From the NCBI GenBank assembly GCA_965217605.1, contig CBDCJB010000017.1, forward strand, positions 142,677-206,676: a stretch of 64,000 nt of DNA, written 5' to 3'. How positions within the stretch are numbered: the stretch's first letter is position 1; every line of letters starts with the position of its first letter. This DNA is from Gammaproteobacteria bacterium. GTDB taxonomy: Bacteria > Pseudomonadota > Gammaproteobacteria > Ga0077536. The notes below the pieces were generated by a model, which searched no databases, had not been told where the DNA came from, and saw only the letters and a list, made by a program, of their open reading frames with translations. Position numbers and translations under genes: made by a program. This document shows positions 17,371-26,664 of the stretch, one piece after another.

Positions 17371-20265
17371 CTAGCCGCTGTGGGCCAATAGAACCTTCAC
17401 CGCTTCGTCGGAGAGTGACTCAGTTTCAGCGAGAATTTCATCGGCCACCTGCTCGGCGACATCAGCCAGTAGTTTGGCAACACGCTCGGTATCGGCACGC
17501 ATGTTGGCCCCACCGTCCTCGCGGGCGAGCACCACCGCCTCCTCGACCGCATCGTGGCTCGTCAACGCGGTTCTGATTTCTTCGAGCTCGACCCGATACC
17601 CTCGAATCTTGATCTGATCATCGATTCGCCCGAGGAACTCGATGTTGCCATCCGCGCGATAGCGGGCGAGATCGCCGGTCCTGTACACCCGTTCCTCGGG
17701 ACCATCGCCGATTCGCAATGCCAGAAATCGATCGTCGGTCAGCTCGGCTCGATTGAGATAACCGCGGGCAACACCTTCACCGCCAATGTGCAGCTCGCCG
17801 GGCACCCCCACCGGTACCAATTGACGGGTAGCATCCAGTAGATAGATCCGCGTATTGGCGGGCGGACGCCCGATCGGGACGGGTGTGGCTACGCTCTCCG
17901 GGGGCACGCGAAACACCGTACACCACACCGTGCCCTCGGTCGGACCATATTCGTTGAATAGCGTAGCGTGTGTCATCTTCGCGTGGTGACGGGCAAGCAC
18001 GTCCGGCGCACACGCCTCGCCCGCGACGATGACGGTTCGCATCGATTGCAAATCCGCGGCTTCAGCGTGATCGAGCAGCAGATGGTAGAGCGACGGAAGC
18101 AACAGTGTGTGTGACACCGCGTGCTCGGCGATCAAAGCCGCCAGCCGACCCATATCCTGCTCGATCCGGTGCGGCGGCAAAACCAAGGTTCCGCCCAGTG
18201 ACAAAGTCCAGAAGATACCGGCCACCGAGCTGTCGAACGCAATGGACGAGAGCAATAGAAATCGTTCGACGGGATCGGCGTAGTAACGCGTTCGCGCACA
18301 GGTGGAATGAACCAGGTTGCGGTGCGTGACTTGCACGCCTTTGGGTGCACCGGTCGAGCCGGAGGTATAGATCACATAGGCGAGATTCTCGGGCAGCCCC
18401 ACACTCGCCGGGGGATGTTCCGGAGACCGTGCGATCTCATCGAAGTCCGCATCGAGACGCAGCGTGGGGCAGTCACATGGAATCGCCGGTGATTGCGGTG
18501 CCGTTAGCAGCACGCGGGCACCGGCGTCTTCCACAATGAGTGCTTGGCGTTCCGGTGGGTAGTCCGGTTCTATCGGCACGTAGGCGCCACCGGACTTTAG
18601 AATACCCAGGATGGCGACGATCATCTCGATAGATCGCTGCATGCATACCGCGACACATGTCTCTGGTCCGACGCCCAGCGCTTGCAGATGATTCGCGAGC
18701 TGATTTGCCCGCCGGTTCAAGGCCAGGTAGGTCAGTTCCTGTCCCGGAAAAGCGACCGCGACCTTGTCCGGGAATGTCTCGGCCTGCCGTTCGATCAAAT
18801 GGTGAATGCACGCATCGCGCGGAAAATCAGCGCCTGTATCGTTCCACTGCACCGCTATCATCCGCCGCTCGTCTTCGCATAGAAGCGAGAGCTCCGATAG
18901 GCGACCGTCGGGATTGCCGGCGATGCCTTCGAGCACGGTTCCCAGATGACCGAGCATTCGGTCGATGGCCTGCGCTTCGAACCGCGCCGTATCGTATATC
19001 GCGATCAATCGAAGGCGCTCGTCCGGCGAAACCAGGATCGCCAGCGGGTAGTTGCTTCGTTCTAGGTACTGAGGATCGGCGATCTTCAGGCGATCGTCGG
19101 TGTCGAAGGAGAAGGTGAGTGGATGATTTTGAAACACCAGGATGCTTTCGAATAGTGCCCGTGCGTGCGGAATATCGCTCCAGCGCTGGATGTCCAGCAG
19201 CGCGCTGTGCTCGTGCTGGCGCATGGCCACCATCTGCGCTTGAATCGAATCGAGCCAGGCGCGCAAGGACTCGGTATTTGACATCCGGATCCGGACCGGC
19301 AGCGTGTTGATGAACAGGCCCACCATGTTCTCGACCCCATTTAGACTCGCGGGCCGGGTGGCCACCGTAGCGCCGAACACGAGGTCTTCGTCGCCGGTAT
19401 AGCGGTTGAGCAGGAGCGCCCACGCCCCCTGAACGATCGTGTTCAGCGTCAATCGATTGTCCATGGCCATGGATTGGAGCGCGCTCGTAGCAGCTTCGGC
19501 CAATTCGAACTGCCGCTGCGCGTACCCGCCTTCCGGGGCCGCGCGCGAAGTTGACGACGGCGCATCGCGGTGGCCGCTGACGCCCGGGTATCCGCGCTCG
19601 GCGGGCAGCCGGGTTGGCGCCGTGAACCCAGCGAGCTCCTTGCTCCAATACGCCCTGGCAGGAGAAGGGTCTTGGCGCTCGAGCCAGGAGACGAAGTCAC
19701 GAAACGGACGGGTAGGCGACGCCTCCGACATCTCGCTCGTTACCGACACCGGGTTACCTGCGTCGCGGAACGCCTGGTAGCGCGCAAAGACCTCTTTTAG
19801 AACCAGGCGCACCGACCATCCATCCAGTAGCAAATGATGAAAACTCCAAACGAATCTATGGGTCGTATCTTCGAATCGAATGAGCAGAAACCGCATGAGT
19901 GGGGCGCGGTCGAGCGTAAAGCCTTGCTCTCGATCGGCTTTGAGCACCGTGGTCAGCCGTTGGTTTCGAAGGTTCGCTGGCATACCCCGCCAATCCTGGT
20001 GCTCCCAGGGAACGCGAACGTGCTCCCGCACGATCTGAAGCGGCTTGTCGCGTTTTTCCCAGGTGAAAAGTGTACGTAGTGCGGCGTGCCGTTCTACGAC
20101 CTGATCCCACACGCGCTCGAAAACCGGAACGTCCAGATCGCCGCGCAGTGCACAGGCGTATTGCTCGAAATAGGTGCCCGACCCGGGTGAATAGAGGGTA
20201 TGAAACAACATCCCTTCTTGCACGGGGGTGAGACGGTAGACCGCTTCTATGTTGTCCTTAGCCAC
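17371..20265 (-). CDS. NRPS fragment: condensation domain + adenylation domain motifs A1-A8 (module 2, N-terminal part)
   Basis: 964 aa. C domain (RLTPVQEGMLFH, HHLLLDGWS). A3 YVIYTSGSTGAPKG. A5 NEYGPTE. A7 YRTGDLARY. A8 GRIDDQIKIRGYRVELEEI. Ends shortly after A8 with no A9/A10. Confidence 0.8.
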   Translation of the reverse strand: MAKDNIEAVYRLTPVQEGMLFHTLYSPGSGTYFEQYACALRGDLDVPVFERVWDQVVERHAALRTLFTWEKRDKPLQIVREHVRVPWEHQDWRGMPANLRNQRLTTVLKADREQGFTLDRAPLMRFLLIRFEDTTHRFVWSFHHLLLDGWSVRLVLKEVFARYQAFRDAGNPVSVTSEMSEASPTRPFRDFVSWLERQDPSPARAYWSKELAGFTAPTRLPAERGYPGVSGHRDAPSSTSRAAPEGGYAQRQFELAEAATSALQSMAMDNRLTLNTIVQGAWALLLNRYTGDEDLVFGATVATRPASLNGVENMVGLFINTLPVRIRMSNTESLRAWLDSIQAQMVAMRQHEHSALLDIQRWSDIPHARALFESILVFQNHPLTFSFDTDDRLKIADPQYLERSNYPLAILVSPDERLRLIAIYDTARFEAQAIDRMLGHLGTVLEGIAGNPDGRLSELSLLCEDERRMIAVQWNDTGADFPRDACIHHLIERQAETFPDKVAVAFPGQELTYLALNRRANQLANHLQALGVGPETCVAVCMQRSIEMIVAILGILKSGGAYVPIEPDYPPERQALIVEDAGARVLLTAPQSPAIPCDCPTLRLDADFDEIARSPEHPPASVGLPENLAYVIYTSGSTGAPKGVQVTHRNLVHSTCARTRYYADPVERFLLLSSIAFDSSVAGIFWTLSLGGTLVLPPHRIEQDMGRLAALIAEHAVSHTLLLPSLYHLLLDHAEAADLQSMRTVIVAGEACAPDVLARHHAKMTHATLFNEYGPTEGTVWCTVFRVPPESVATPVPIGRPPANTRIYLLDATRQLVPVGVPGELHIGGEGVARGYLNRAELTDDRFLALRIGDGPEERVYRTGDLARYRADGNIEFLGRIDDQIKIRGYRVELEEIRTALTSHDAVEEAVVLAREDGGANMRADTERVAKLLADVAEQVADEILAETESLSDEAVKVLLAHSG

Positions 20266-20298
20266 TTGGGATCACACCGTGCGATACGATGCGCAGGA

Positions 20299-23200
20299 TC
20301 AGTCCGTCGATTCGCGAAACTCGGGGACAATGTCATCGAGGCCTTGCTGATCGAGATCCGCTTCCGGGAAATCCGATGGCGTATAGCCGCCAGCACCGGG
20401 ACGTGTGCAATGGGCGATCAGCTCGCGCAAGGATCCCAAAAACGTATCGGCGAGCCATACGATGGTTTCGCGAAGATGGGCGCCGTCACAATAGCGCCAC
20501 TCCACGCATAATTTCGCACCGCGAACCGTGCTGTCGATCGCCAGCAGGTGCCTGCGCGCGTTGCGCGAGTCGTGGGCTCTAGTCGGCCCGCCCGTCAGCC
20601 GGAACGCGAAGCCCGAACTCGAAACGGGTCCCGCTTCCTGGTGGTGAAAGAGCACCTGCGCGGACGAATCGCGCTGAGCGCTCATCGTAGGCGTCTCGCG
20701 CAGATAGCGATCAGCCCCGAATCCGATACCGTGATCGGGAATCGCACGCAGTTGTTCCTTCACCGCTTTGATCTCCGCCTCCGGATCGCCCGAGCTCGAC
20801 GAATGCGCCGGCGGGCGTTCTGAATCGACGCTGCTCAAACTCAAGGCCACCGGTGCGATTGCGGTGAACCGTCCGACCGTACGCAGCAGATGTTCTCCCG
20901 TGACGATCGCTTCGCGAACGTCGCGCTGCAAGTCGAGCGTTAATGACCTTGCACCGCTCCAGCGCTCGTTGGCTCGTAGGAGGCTCGTCAACAATAGATC
21001 TTCAGTTTGCGTGTTGTACGCAGCGGGCACATCGTTCAGCAACACCCGCGTCTCGTCAGCGTCCAATGATACTGATACCACACCCGTCGATGCCTCCGCG
21101 CAGTCGTCTGGCGGCTCGACGTCTTGCGGAATACGTGGCGATTCCGCTTCCAGTTGCCTCGACCAGTACGCCAGCTCGGCGTCCACTTGTCGTGACTCGG
21201 CGTGCTCGACAAGCGCTTCAGCCCACTGCTTGAACGCGAGCGTTTTCAACGGCAGCCGAATCGACCCGGCACGACGATACTGCGCGTAGGCGGACTCGAG
21301 GTCCTCGATGAGGACGTCCCAAGAGCGCCGGTCCACCGCCAGTCCATGCGCCACCAGCACGATTCGATCCGGCTTGCCGGGTCCGAGCGCGAACCCGGCG
21401 GCCCGTAGTAATACGCCCGCCTCGAAGCTCATCGCTGCGTTCAACTCGCGCTCGGTGGTCTCGATAGCCGTTTGCTGCGCTTGCGCGCTTCGACCCGACA
21501 GATCGATACGCAGCAGCGACATGTCGTCAACGCCTGAATGAACCTGCCGGCATTCCGAAGAATCGCGGGTAAATCGCAGCCGTAGCGCGTCGTGGTGCCG
21601 GATCAAGGCCTGCAATGCGGCCTGCAGCGCGTCGAAGTCCAACGCTTCGGTGGATTCGAGGGCGACCACCTCGTTCCAGTCGGCGGGCGCCGGATGCCCT
21701 GGTTCGAAGTACCAATGCTGGATCGGGGTCAGCGGTACGGGGCCCGTCACCGCGCCCTGCGCCGGGTGATGATAGGGATTCAATCCAACCACCTTCGCCA
21801 ATTCGCCCACCGTGGGGTGGTCGAATATCTGCTTGGGTGAGACTTGCAAGCCTCGTTGATTGGCGCGCGCCACGATCTGGATATTGAGTATGGAATCACC
21901 CCCGAGCTCTAAAAAGTCGTCGTCGACGCCGATCTGCTCCACGCCCAACACCTGGGACCATATTCGAGCCAGAACAGTTTCGATCTCGGTGCTCGGTGCG
22001 ACGTATTCGCGGTTCAACGCAGGACGGTCGGTTCCACTCGCCGCCAGCCGACTTCGATCCACTTTGCCGTTGGGCGTTAGCGGAATCTCGTCGAGCCTGA
22101 CGAATCGCGATGGGATCATGTGTTCCGGGAGCCGCTCGGAGAGATGGTCTCTCAGCTTGGACACCGTGATCGGCGCCTCAGAGACGTAATAGGCGGACAG
22201 TCGCTTTGCGGTCCGCTCGACAGCCCGCAAATTCGTGCTGAAACCGATGTCATGAAGGATCTTCTCGACCTTGGATGCGTCGATGTCGTCGTCGAGCTCG
22301 TCGAGCGCGGCCTGTCTGGTTTTGTGCCCCAGTCGAACGTCCCAACTATAAGGCAGCGCATAATTGTGAAATCCGCGCTCCTTCTTATGCACATAAATGC
22401 CCGCTTCGTTGATCAGGCAGTTCGTAGAGCGCCCCGTATCGGCGGGTCGAATCCACGGCGCCTTGGTCGACAAAAAGGTGAGGATCTGCGCCAAGGTCAC
22501 GCCGCAGTAACGATAAAAGTCGATGAACCGGATCTCGTCAAAGGTCTCGTCACGCTCGAAGATCTTCACGTCGAGGCAGCTCGATACGACATCATCCATC
22601 CGGTGGTACGCCTTGCGCGCCTCCAAGATGGTTTGCTCGATGCGATTGACGTCGAAGATATTGTTACGGTACATGTCGGCGAGCCGGGTCTCGAAGATCT
22701 CTCCCCTGGAGAGCCCGGTGACGATGAATCGAATGCCCTTCTCCCGTGCCAGATTGGTGCTCAACGTGTAGATGGTCTTAAAGCACCCATTGCAAACATT
22801 GCTGTGCGCCATCAGGCTGTTGACGAAGATGGCATTCATTGCAGGCGTCTCGGCGAAAACCAAGTCCAAGCCCAGTGCGTCGACCACCCGCCGGATATTG
22901 GCTTTCGCCCCCTCGGAGATAAAGCCATTGTCCAAGCTGAACACGAGCGGGGTGAGACCCATCTCGACGAGTTGATACAGGACGTAAGTGCTGTCCTTCC
23001 CCCCGCTCAACAGCATCAAGCAGTCGTACGCGCCGCGGTGAGTGTCCCGCTCCTCGAAGAGGATCCGGCGCAACTCGTCCATGGAGCCGAAGTACGCCAT
23101 GGCGCGGTCCCGGTAGCGATCGTATGACTCGCACAGGTTGCAGATGCCATCGGGGCTCAAGGTCGCCTCGGGATGATTCGAGGACAGGCCGCAGCGTACG

Positions 23201-25998
23201 CAGTACTCGGCTGTTTCGGGAACGCTCCGTTCGTACCGGCAAACGTCGGCGACGCACGCACTGATGCGATCGTGGGCCAGCAACGCAACTTCGATCTCAC
23301 CGAGCTCGATGCGCGCGCCGCGGATCTTGACCTGATGGTCGGTACGACCCACGAGCTCGATGTGCCCGCGCGAGTTCCAGCGCGCCAGGTCTCCCGTTCT
23401 GTACATCGTGCACGTTGAGTCCGCGAGGTCGGGAAGAAATCGCGCTGCCGTCTGCGCTGGTTGATTTAAATAACCGGTCGCCACGCCTTCCCCGGCGATA
23501 TAGATCTCCCCGACAACGCCGGCCGGCACCGGCTCCAAGTGGGGATCGAGCAGATAGATCCAGGCATTCCCCGCCGCCCGTCCGATCGGCACCGATGCGT
23601 CGCAGTCCACCTCGGCGTCGAATTGATGAATCATGCAGGCGACGGTCGCCTCGGTCGGGCCGTATTCGTTGTAGATTTTGAGCCCGGCGCGCGATTCGGC
23701 GACGGCCGCGGCCAGCTCGGTCTTGAAGTCCTCACCGCCGGCGATGAGTTGCACGAGCTTAGCGGTATCGGCGATTCGATCCTTGATTAGCGCAAGGTGC
23801 GAGGGCGTCAGCTTGATGACGTCGACAGCGTCATCCTCGATGACGCGCAAGATGGAGACGTCGTGCGCGGCGTCGTCTTCGCCATAGACGACGACTGTTC
23901 CGCCAGTCACCAGCGGCACGAACATTGAAGTCACGGTAAGGTCGAAAGAAAACGATGAGTACAAGGGAAAATCACCGCGCTCACCGTTCAAGTACTGCTC
24001 TCGCGCCCACCAGATGTAGTTGAGCAGGCTACGTTGCGTGATCATTACGCCTTTCGGCGTCCCAGTGGAGCCCGAGGTATAGATCAGGTAGGCCAAATCG
24101 TCTCGGCCTGCGGCGCTGATCGGAGCCACCTGTTTTCCCTTTGCGATCGCGCCCCACTCAGTGTCGATGCAGATGACTGACGGGACACCCGCCTTTGCAC
24201 CGCGTTCCATACGGTCTGGCAACCGTTCGACCAACAACGAGTGGGTCAATACGATCGGCGCCCGCGTATCGTCGAGCATGAAGTCGAGCCGCGACTTGGG
24301 ATAGGCCGGATCCAGTGGCACATAGGCGGCGCCCGCTTTGTGCACTGCGAGAACGCTGACGATCATTTCGGGGGATCGATGCAGACAGATGGCCACGCAC
24401 GCGCCGGGCCCGGCCCCCCGCTCGCGTAGGTAGTGCGCGAGTCGGTTTGCGCGCTCGTCTAGTTCTCGATAGGTCAGCGCAGGTCCAACTTCCGGCGGCG
24501 ACGCAACACTGGACTTGGCCAGTACCGCGATCGCATTGGGCGTACGTTCGGCCTGGGCGGCGATCAGCTCCACCACCGAACCCTGGCTCGGATAGGCCAT
24601 TCGTGGGCGGTCGTCTACACCTAGAAAATGGGCCTTCTCGTCTTCGGAGAGGAGTCTAATGAGAGCGATAGCTTGCTCGCGGTTATCAATGAACGCATCG
24701 ACGATGCGCAGGAACTGCGCAATTGCGAGACGACGTTGCTGCTCATCGAAGACGTCACAATTAAAGTCGAAATGCAGCCGCACGGTCCCGGTTTCATCGA
24801 AGTCGTGCACTTGAACGCGAAGGCTGTGCCCCCGATCCCCGGCGCCGGGGTGAATCCATTCCGAGCGCATGGGCAGCCCATTGAAATCCGCAAAGGTCGC
24901 GTTGATGAAGTTCAACACGACGTTATAAGCGCGGTTTGACTCCGGGTTACTCGCACCGGGCTGCGCGAAGCGCAGCGACGCGTTTGTCTCGTAGGTGACC
25001 TTGCGAATCAGCGTGGCAAAGCTTTCGCCTTCCGATAGCTCGATCTGTAGTGGGAACAGCTCGATGAACAAGCCGATAGTTTCCTTGAATGCAGCGGTCG
25101 ATCGGTTATGCGCCGGCGTTCCAATCGCCAGCTTGTCCAATCCGCTGACTCGATGCAGATAGGCAAACAACAGTGTCGCGAAAATGTTGAACAACGACAT
25201 ATCCAGGGTGAGTGAGCGAATACCCTTCTCCATCGCAATCGCCTTGAGGCGCTCGCTGCGCTCTCGCCCGAGATCGCACAATACCCGTTCGGTACGCGTC
25301 GACTCGTGCGATGTCGGTACGCCGTAGAAGCGGATGCGTTCCGGCACATCGAGCGCTTTGGATGCCCAGTATCTGGCAGCTTTATCGAATTGCTGAGAGC
25401 GCCTGTGACGCTGCTCGAACTCGGCGTAGTCCTGAAATTGAGGAAGGTCTTCGGCCTCGTTGAGCCGGCCGGCGCACGCGAGTTGGTAGTACTCGGCCAT
25501 CCGGCGGTAGAGTACCGCCTTGGCCACACCGTCAGTGATGAGGTGATGCTGGTTGAGATACCAGACGAAGCGGTCCTCGGCCAGCTTGATCAGGGCGGTA
25601 TCGACTAAGCGCTCGCTGAGGTGGAATTGAAACACGCGTCGCTCATCCAACCACCGTAGCTGCAGGGCGTCCGGATCGGGGTTCGAGGACCAATCCAGCA
25701 TCTCGATATCGTGCGGGAGCGAGTCGAGGACCCGCCGTTGAGGTACGCCGTCGACTTCCCCGATGACGGTTCGCATCGCGTCACTTTTGGATGCCAAGGT
25801 ACGAAATGCGCGTTCAAAGGCCTCGGGCTGGATACTCCCTGCGATCGTGAACGTCAGGATCATGTTGTACAGGGGCACATCCGGATTGAACTTCTGCCCC
25901 AGCCAGATCTGAAATTGACTGTTGGTGAGATTGGATCTGTGGAATATCTCCTCGGCGGATTGCGGGTGGGAGATCGGGTTGGCCATCGTCGAATTCAC
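20299..25998 (-). CDS. NRPS module 1: starter-type C domain, interrupted A domain (PP-loop amidotransferase-like insert), PCP, degenerate E-like domain
   Basis: 1899 aa. C (HHLITDG). A1-A8 (LTYRELDERANRLA, YTSGSTGTPKG, NEYGPTE, GRTDHQVKIRGARIELGEIE). ~340-aa insert with CVRCG...CNLC plus SGGKDS. A9/A10 (LPEHMIPS...LTPNGKVDR). PCP (LGGDSIL). Terminal domain with AHGLAVDRRSWDVLIEDL. Start may be GTG at 25998 or ATG at 25986. Confidence 0.85.
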   Translation of the reverse strand: MNSTMANPISHPQSAEEIFHRSNLTNSQFQIWLGQKFNPDVPLYNMILTFTIAGSIQPEAFERAFRTLASKSDAMRTVIGEVDGVPQRRVLDSLPHDIEMLDWSSNPDPDALQLRWLDERRVFQFHLSERLVDTALIKLAEDRFVWYLNQHHLITDGVAKAVLYRRMAEYYQLACAGRLNEAEDLPQFQDYAEFEQRHRRSQQFDKAARYWASKALDVPERIRFYGVPTSHESTRTERVLCDLGRERSERLKAIAMEKGIRSLTLDMSLFNIFATLLFAYLHRVSGLDKLAIGTPAHNRSTAAFKETIGLFIELFPLQIELSEGESFATLIRKVTYETNASLRFAQPGASNPESNRAYNVVLNFINATFADFNGLPMRSEWIHPGAGDRGHSLRVQVHDFDETGTVRLHFDFNCDVFDEQQRRLAIAQFLRIVDAFIDNREQAIALIRLLSEDEKAHFLGVDDRPRMAYPSQGSVVELIAAQAERTPNAIAVLAKSSVASPPEVGPALTYRELDERANRLAHYLRERGAGPGACVAICLHRSPEMIVSVLAVHKAGAAYVPLDPAYPKSRLDFMLDDTRAPIVLTHSLLVERLPDRMERGAKAGVPSVICIDTEWGAIAKGKQVAPISAAGRDDLAYLIYTSGSTGTPKGVMITQRSLLNYIWWAREQYLNGERGDFPLYSSFSFDLTVTSMFVPLVTGGTVVVYGEDDAAHDVSILRVIEDDAVDVIKLTPSHLALIKDRIADTAKLVQLIAGGEDFKTELAAAVAESRAGLKIYNEYGPTEATVACMIHQFDAEVDCDASVPIGRAAGNAWIYLLDPHLEPVPAGVVGEIYIAGEGVATGYLNQPAQTAARFLPDLADSTCTMYRTGDLARWNSRGHIELVGRTDHQVKIRGARIELGEIEVALLAHDRISACVADVCRYERSVPETAEYCVRCGLSSNHPEATLSPDGICNLCESYDRYRDRAMAYFGSMDELRRILFEERDTHRGAYDCLMLLSGGKDSTYVLYQLVEMGLTPLVFSLDNGFISEGAKANIRRVVDALGLDLVFAETPAMNAIFVNSLMAHSNVCNGCFKTIYTLSTNLAREKGIRFIVTGLSRGEIFETRLADMYRNNIFDVNRIEQTILEARKAYHRMDDVVSSCLDVKIFERDETFDEIRFIDFYRYCGVTLAQILTFLSTKAPWIRPADTGRSTNCLINEAGIYVHKKERGFHNYALPYSWDVRLGHKTRQAALDELDDDIDASKVEKILHDIGFSTNLRAVERTAKRLSAYYVSEAPITVSKLRDHLSERLPEHMIPSRFVRLDEIPLTPNGKVDRSRLAASGTDRPALNREYVAPSTEIETVLARIWSQVLGVEQIGVDDDFLELGGDSILNIQIVARANQRGLQVSPKQIFDHPTVGELAKVVGLNPYHHPAQGAVTGPVPLTPIQHWYFEPGHPAPADWNEVVALESTEALDFDALQAALQALIRHHDALRLRFTRDSSECRQVHSGVDDMSLLRIDLSGRSAQAQQTAIETTERELNAAMSFEAGVLLRAAGFALGPGKPDRIVLVAHGLAVDRRSWDVLIEDLESAYAQYRRAGSIRLPLKTLAFKQWAEALVEHAESRQVDAELAYWSRQLEAESPRIPQDVEPPDDCAEASTGVVSVSLDADETRVLLNDVPAAYNTQTEDLLLTSLLRANERWSGARSLTLDLQRDVREAIVTGEHLLRTVGRFTAIAPVALSLSSVDSERPPAHSSSSGDPEAEIKAVKEQLRAIPDHGIGFGADRYLRETPTMSAQRDSSAQVLFHHQEAGPVSSSGFAFRLTGGPTRAHDSRNARRHLLAIDSTVRGAKLCVEWRYCDGAHLRETIVWLADTFLGSLRELIAHCTRPGAGGYTPSDFPEADLDQQGLDDIVPEFRESTD

Positions 25999-26664
25999 GC
26001 AGATTCACGGTAATGGTCGGTAGCGCAGTTCACGGAGTGCAACCTCGCAGGTTTTCGACAATTGCCGCTATCGAGCCAAAATCCTTCAACAGAAAGTTTT
26101 CTGAAAAGATCCCCACATCGAAGAACGCCTCTACGGAGCCGACTAAGCGCATTAAACCCGGGGCATCGATCAATTCGCCGGTGACCATAGGTTCACCTGA
26201 TCCGACCTTCGGTTCATCGTTCGACGGCGTGGGGTAAACGACACGCGGAACCGCAACGCCGTTGCTTCCTTTACATCGTCGTAGGATATCATCGCCGCTT
26301 CGACTCCATCGGACCCGTACTATAGCCCCGCGACTTGATTTGCCGCGGCTCGGGACACAGAAACTTACAATTCCTCTCGGCCTGGCGTCGGGCTAGATCG
26401 CCAGCGACAAATCGATTGGCCGAACTGTCGATGATGCGTGACAGTAGGTGTAGCGTTCGCAACCCTGACATCTCGGGATTCGGGGTCCCTCGTCGTGACA
26501 CGTCGGGGATCGATGTGGACATCTGCGTCGATAGGAATTGAAACTGCCCGTCGGGTGTATCGTTTGCAGCAAACAGACGACGCGTTGAAGATGGCCGAAT
26601 TAGCGCAAACGATCGGCACCTATGTGAGCATGAACCTATCGCAGCCTCCGTCTGGATCGAAACC

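Noticed and set aside
22120-23127. 335-aa plus-strand ORF inside the NRPS module-1 gene
   Set aside because: It is antisense to the PP-loop insert region, whose coding-strand translation carries SGGKDS and A-domain motifs.
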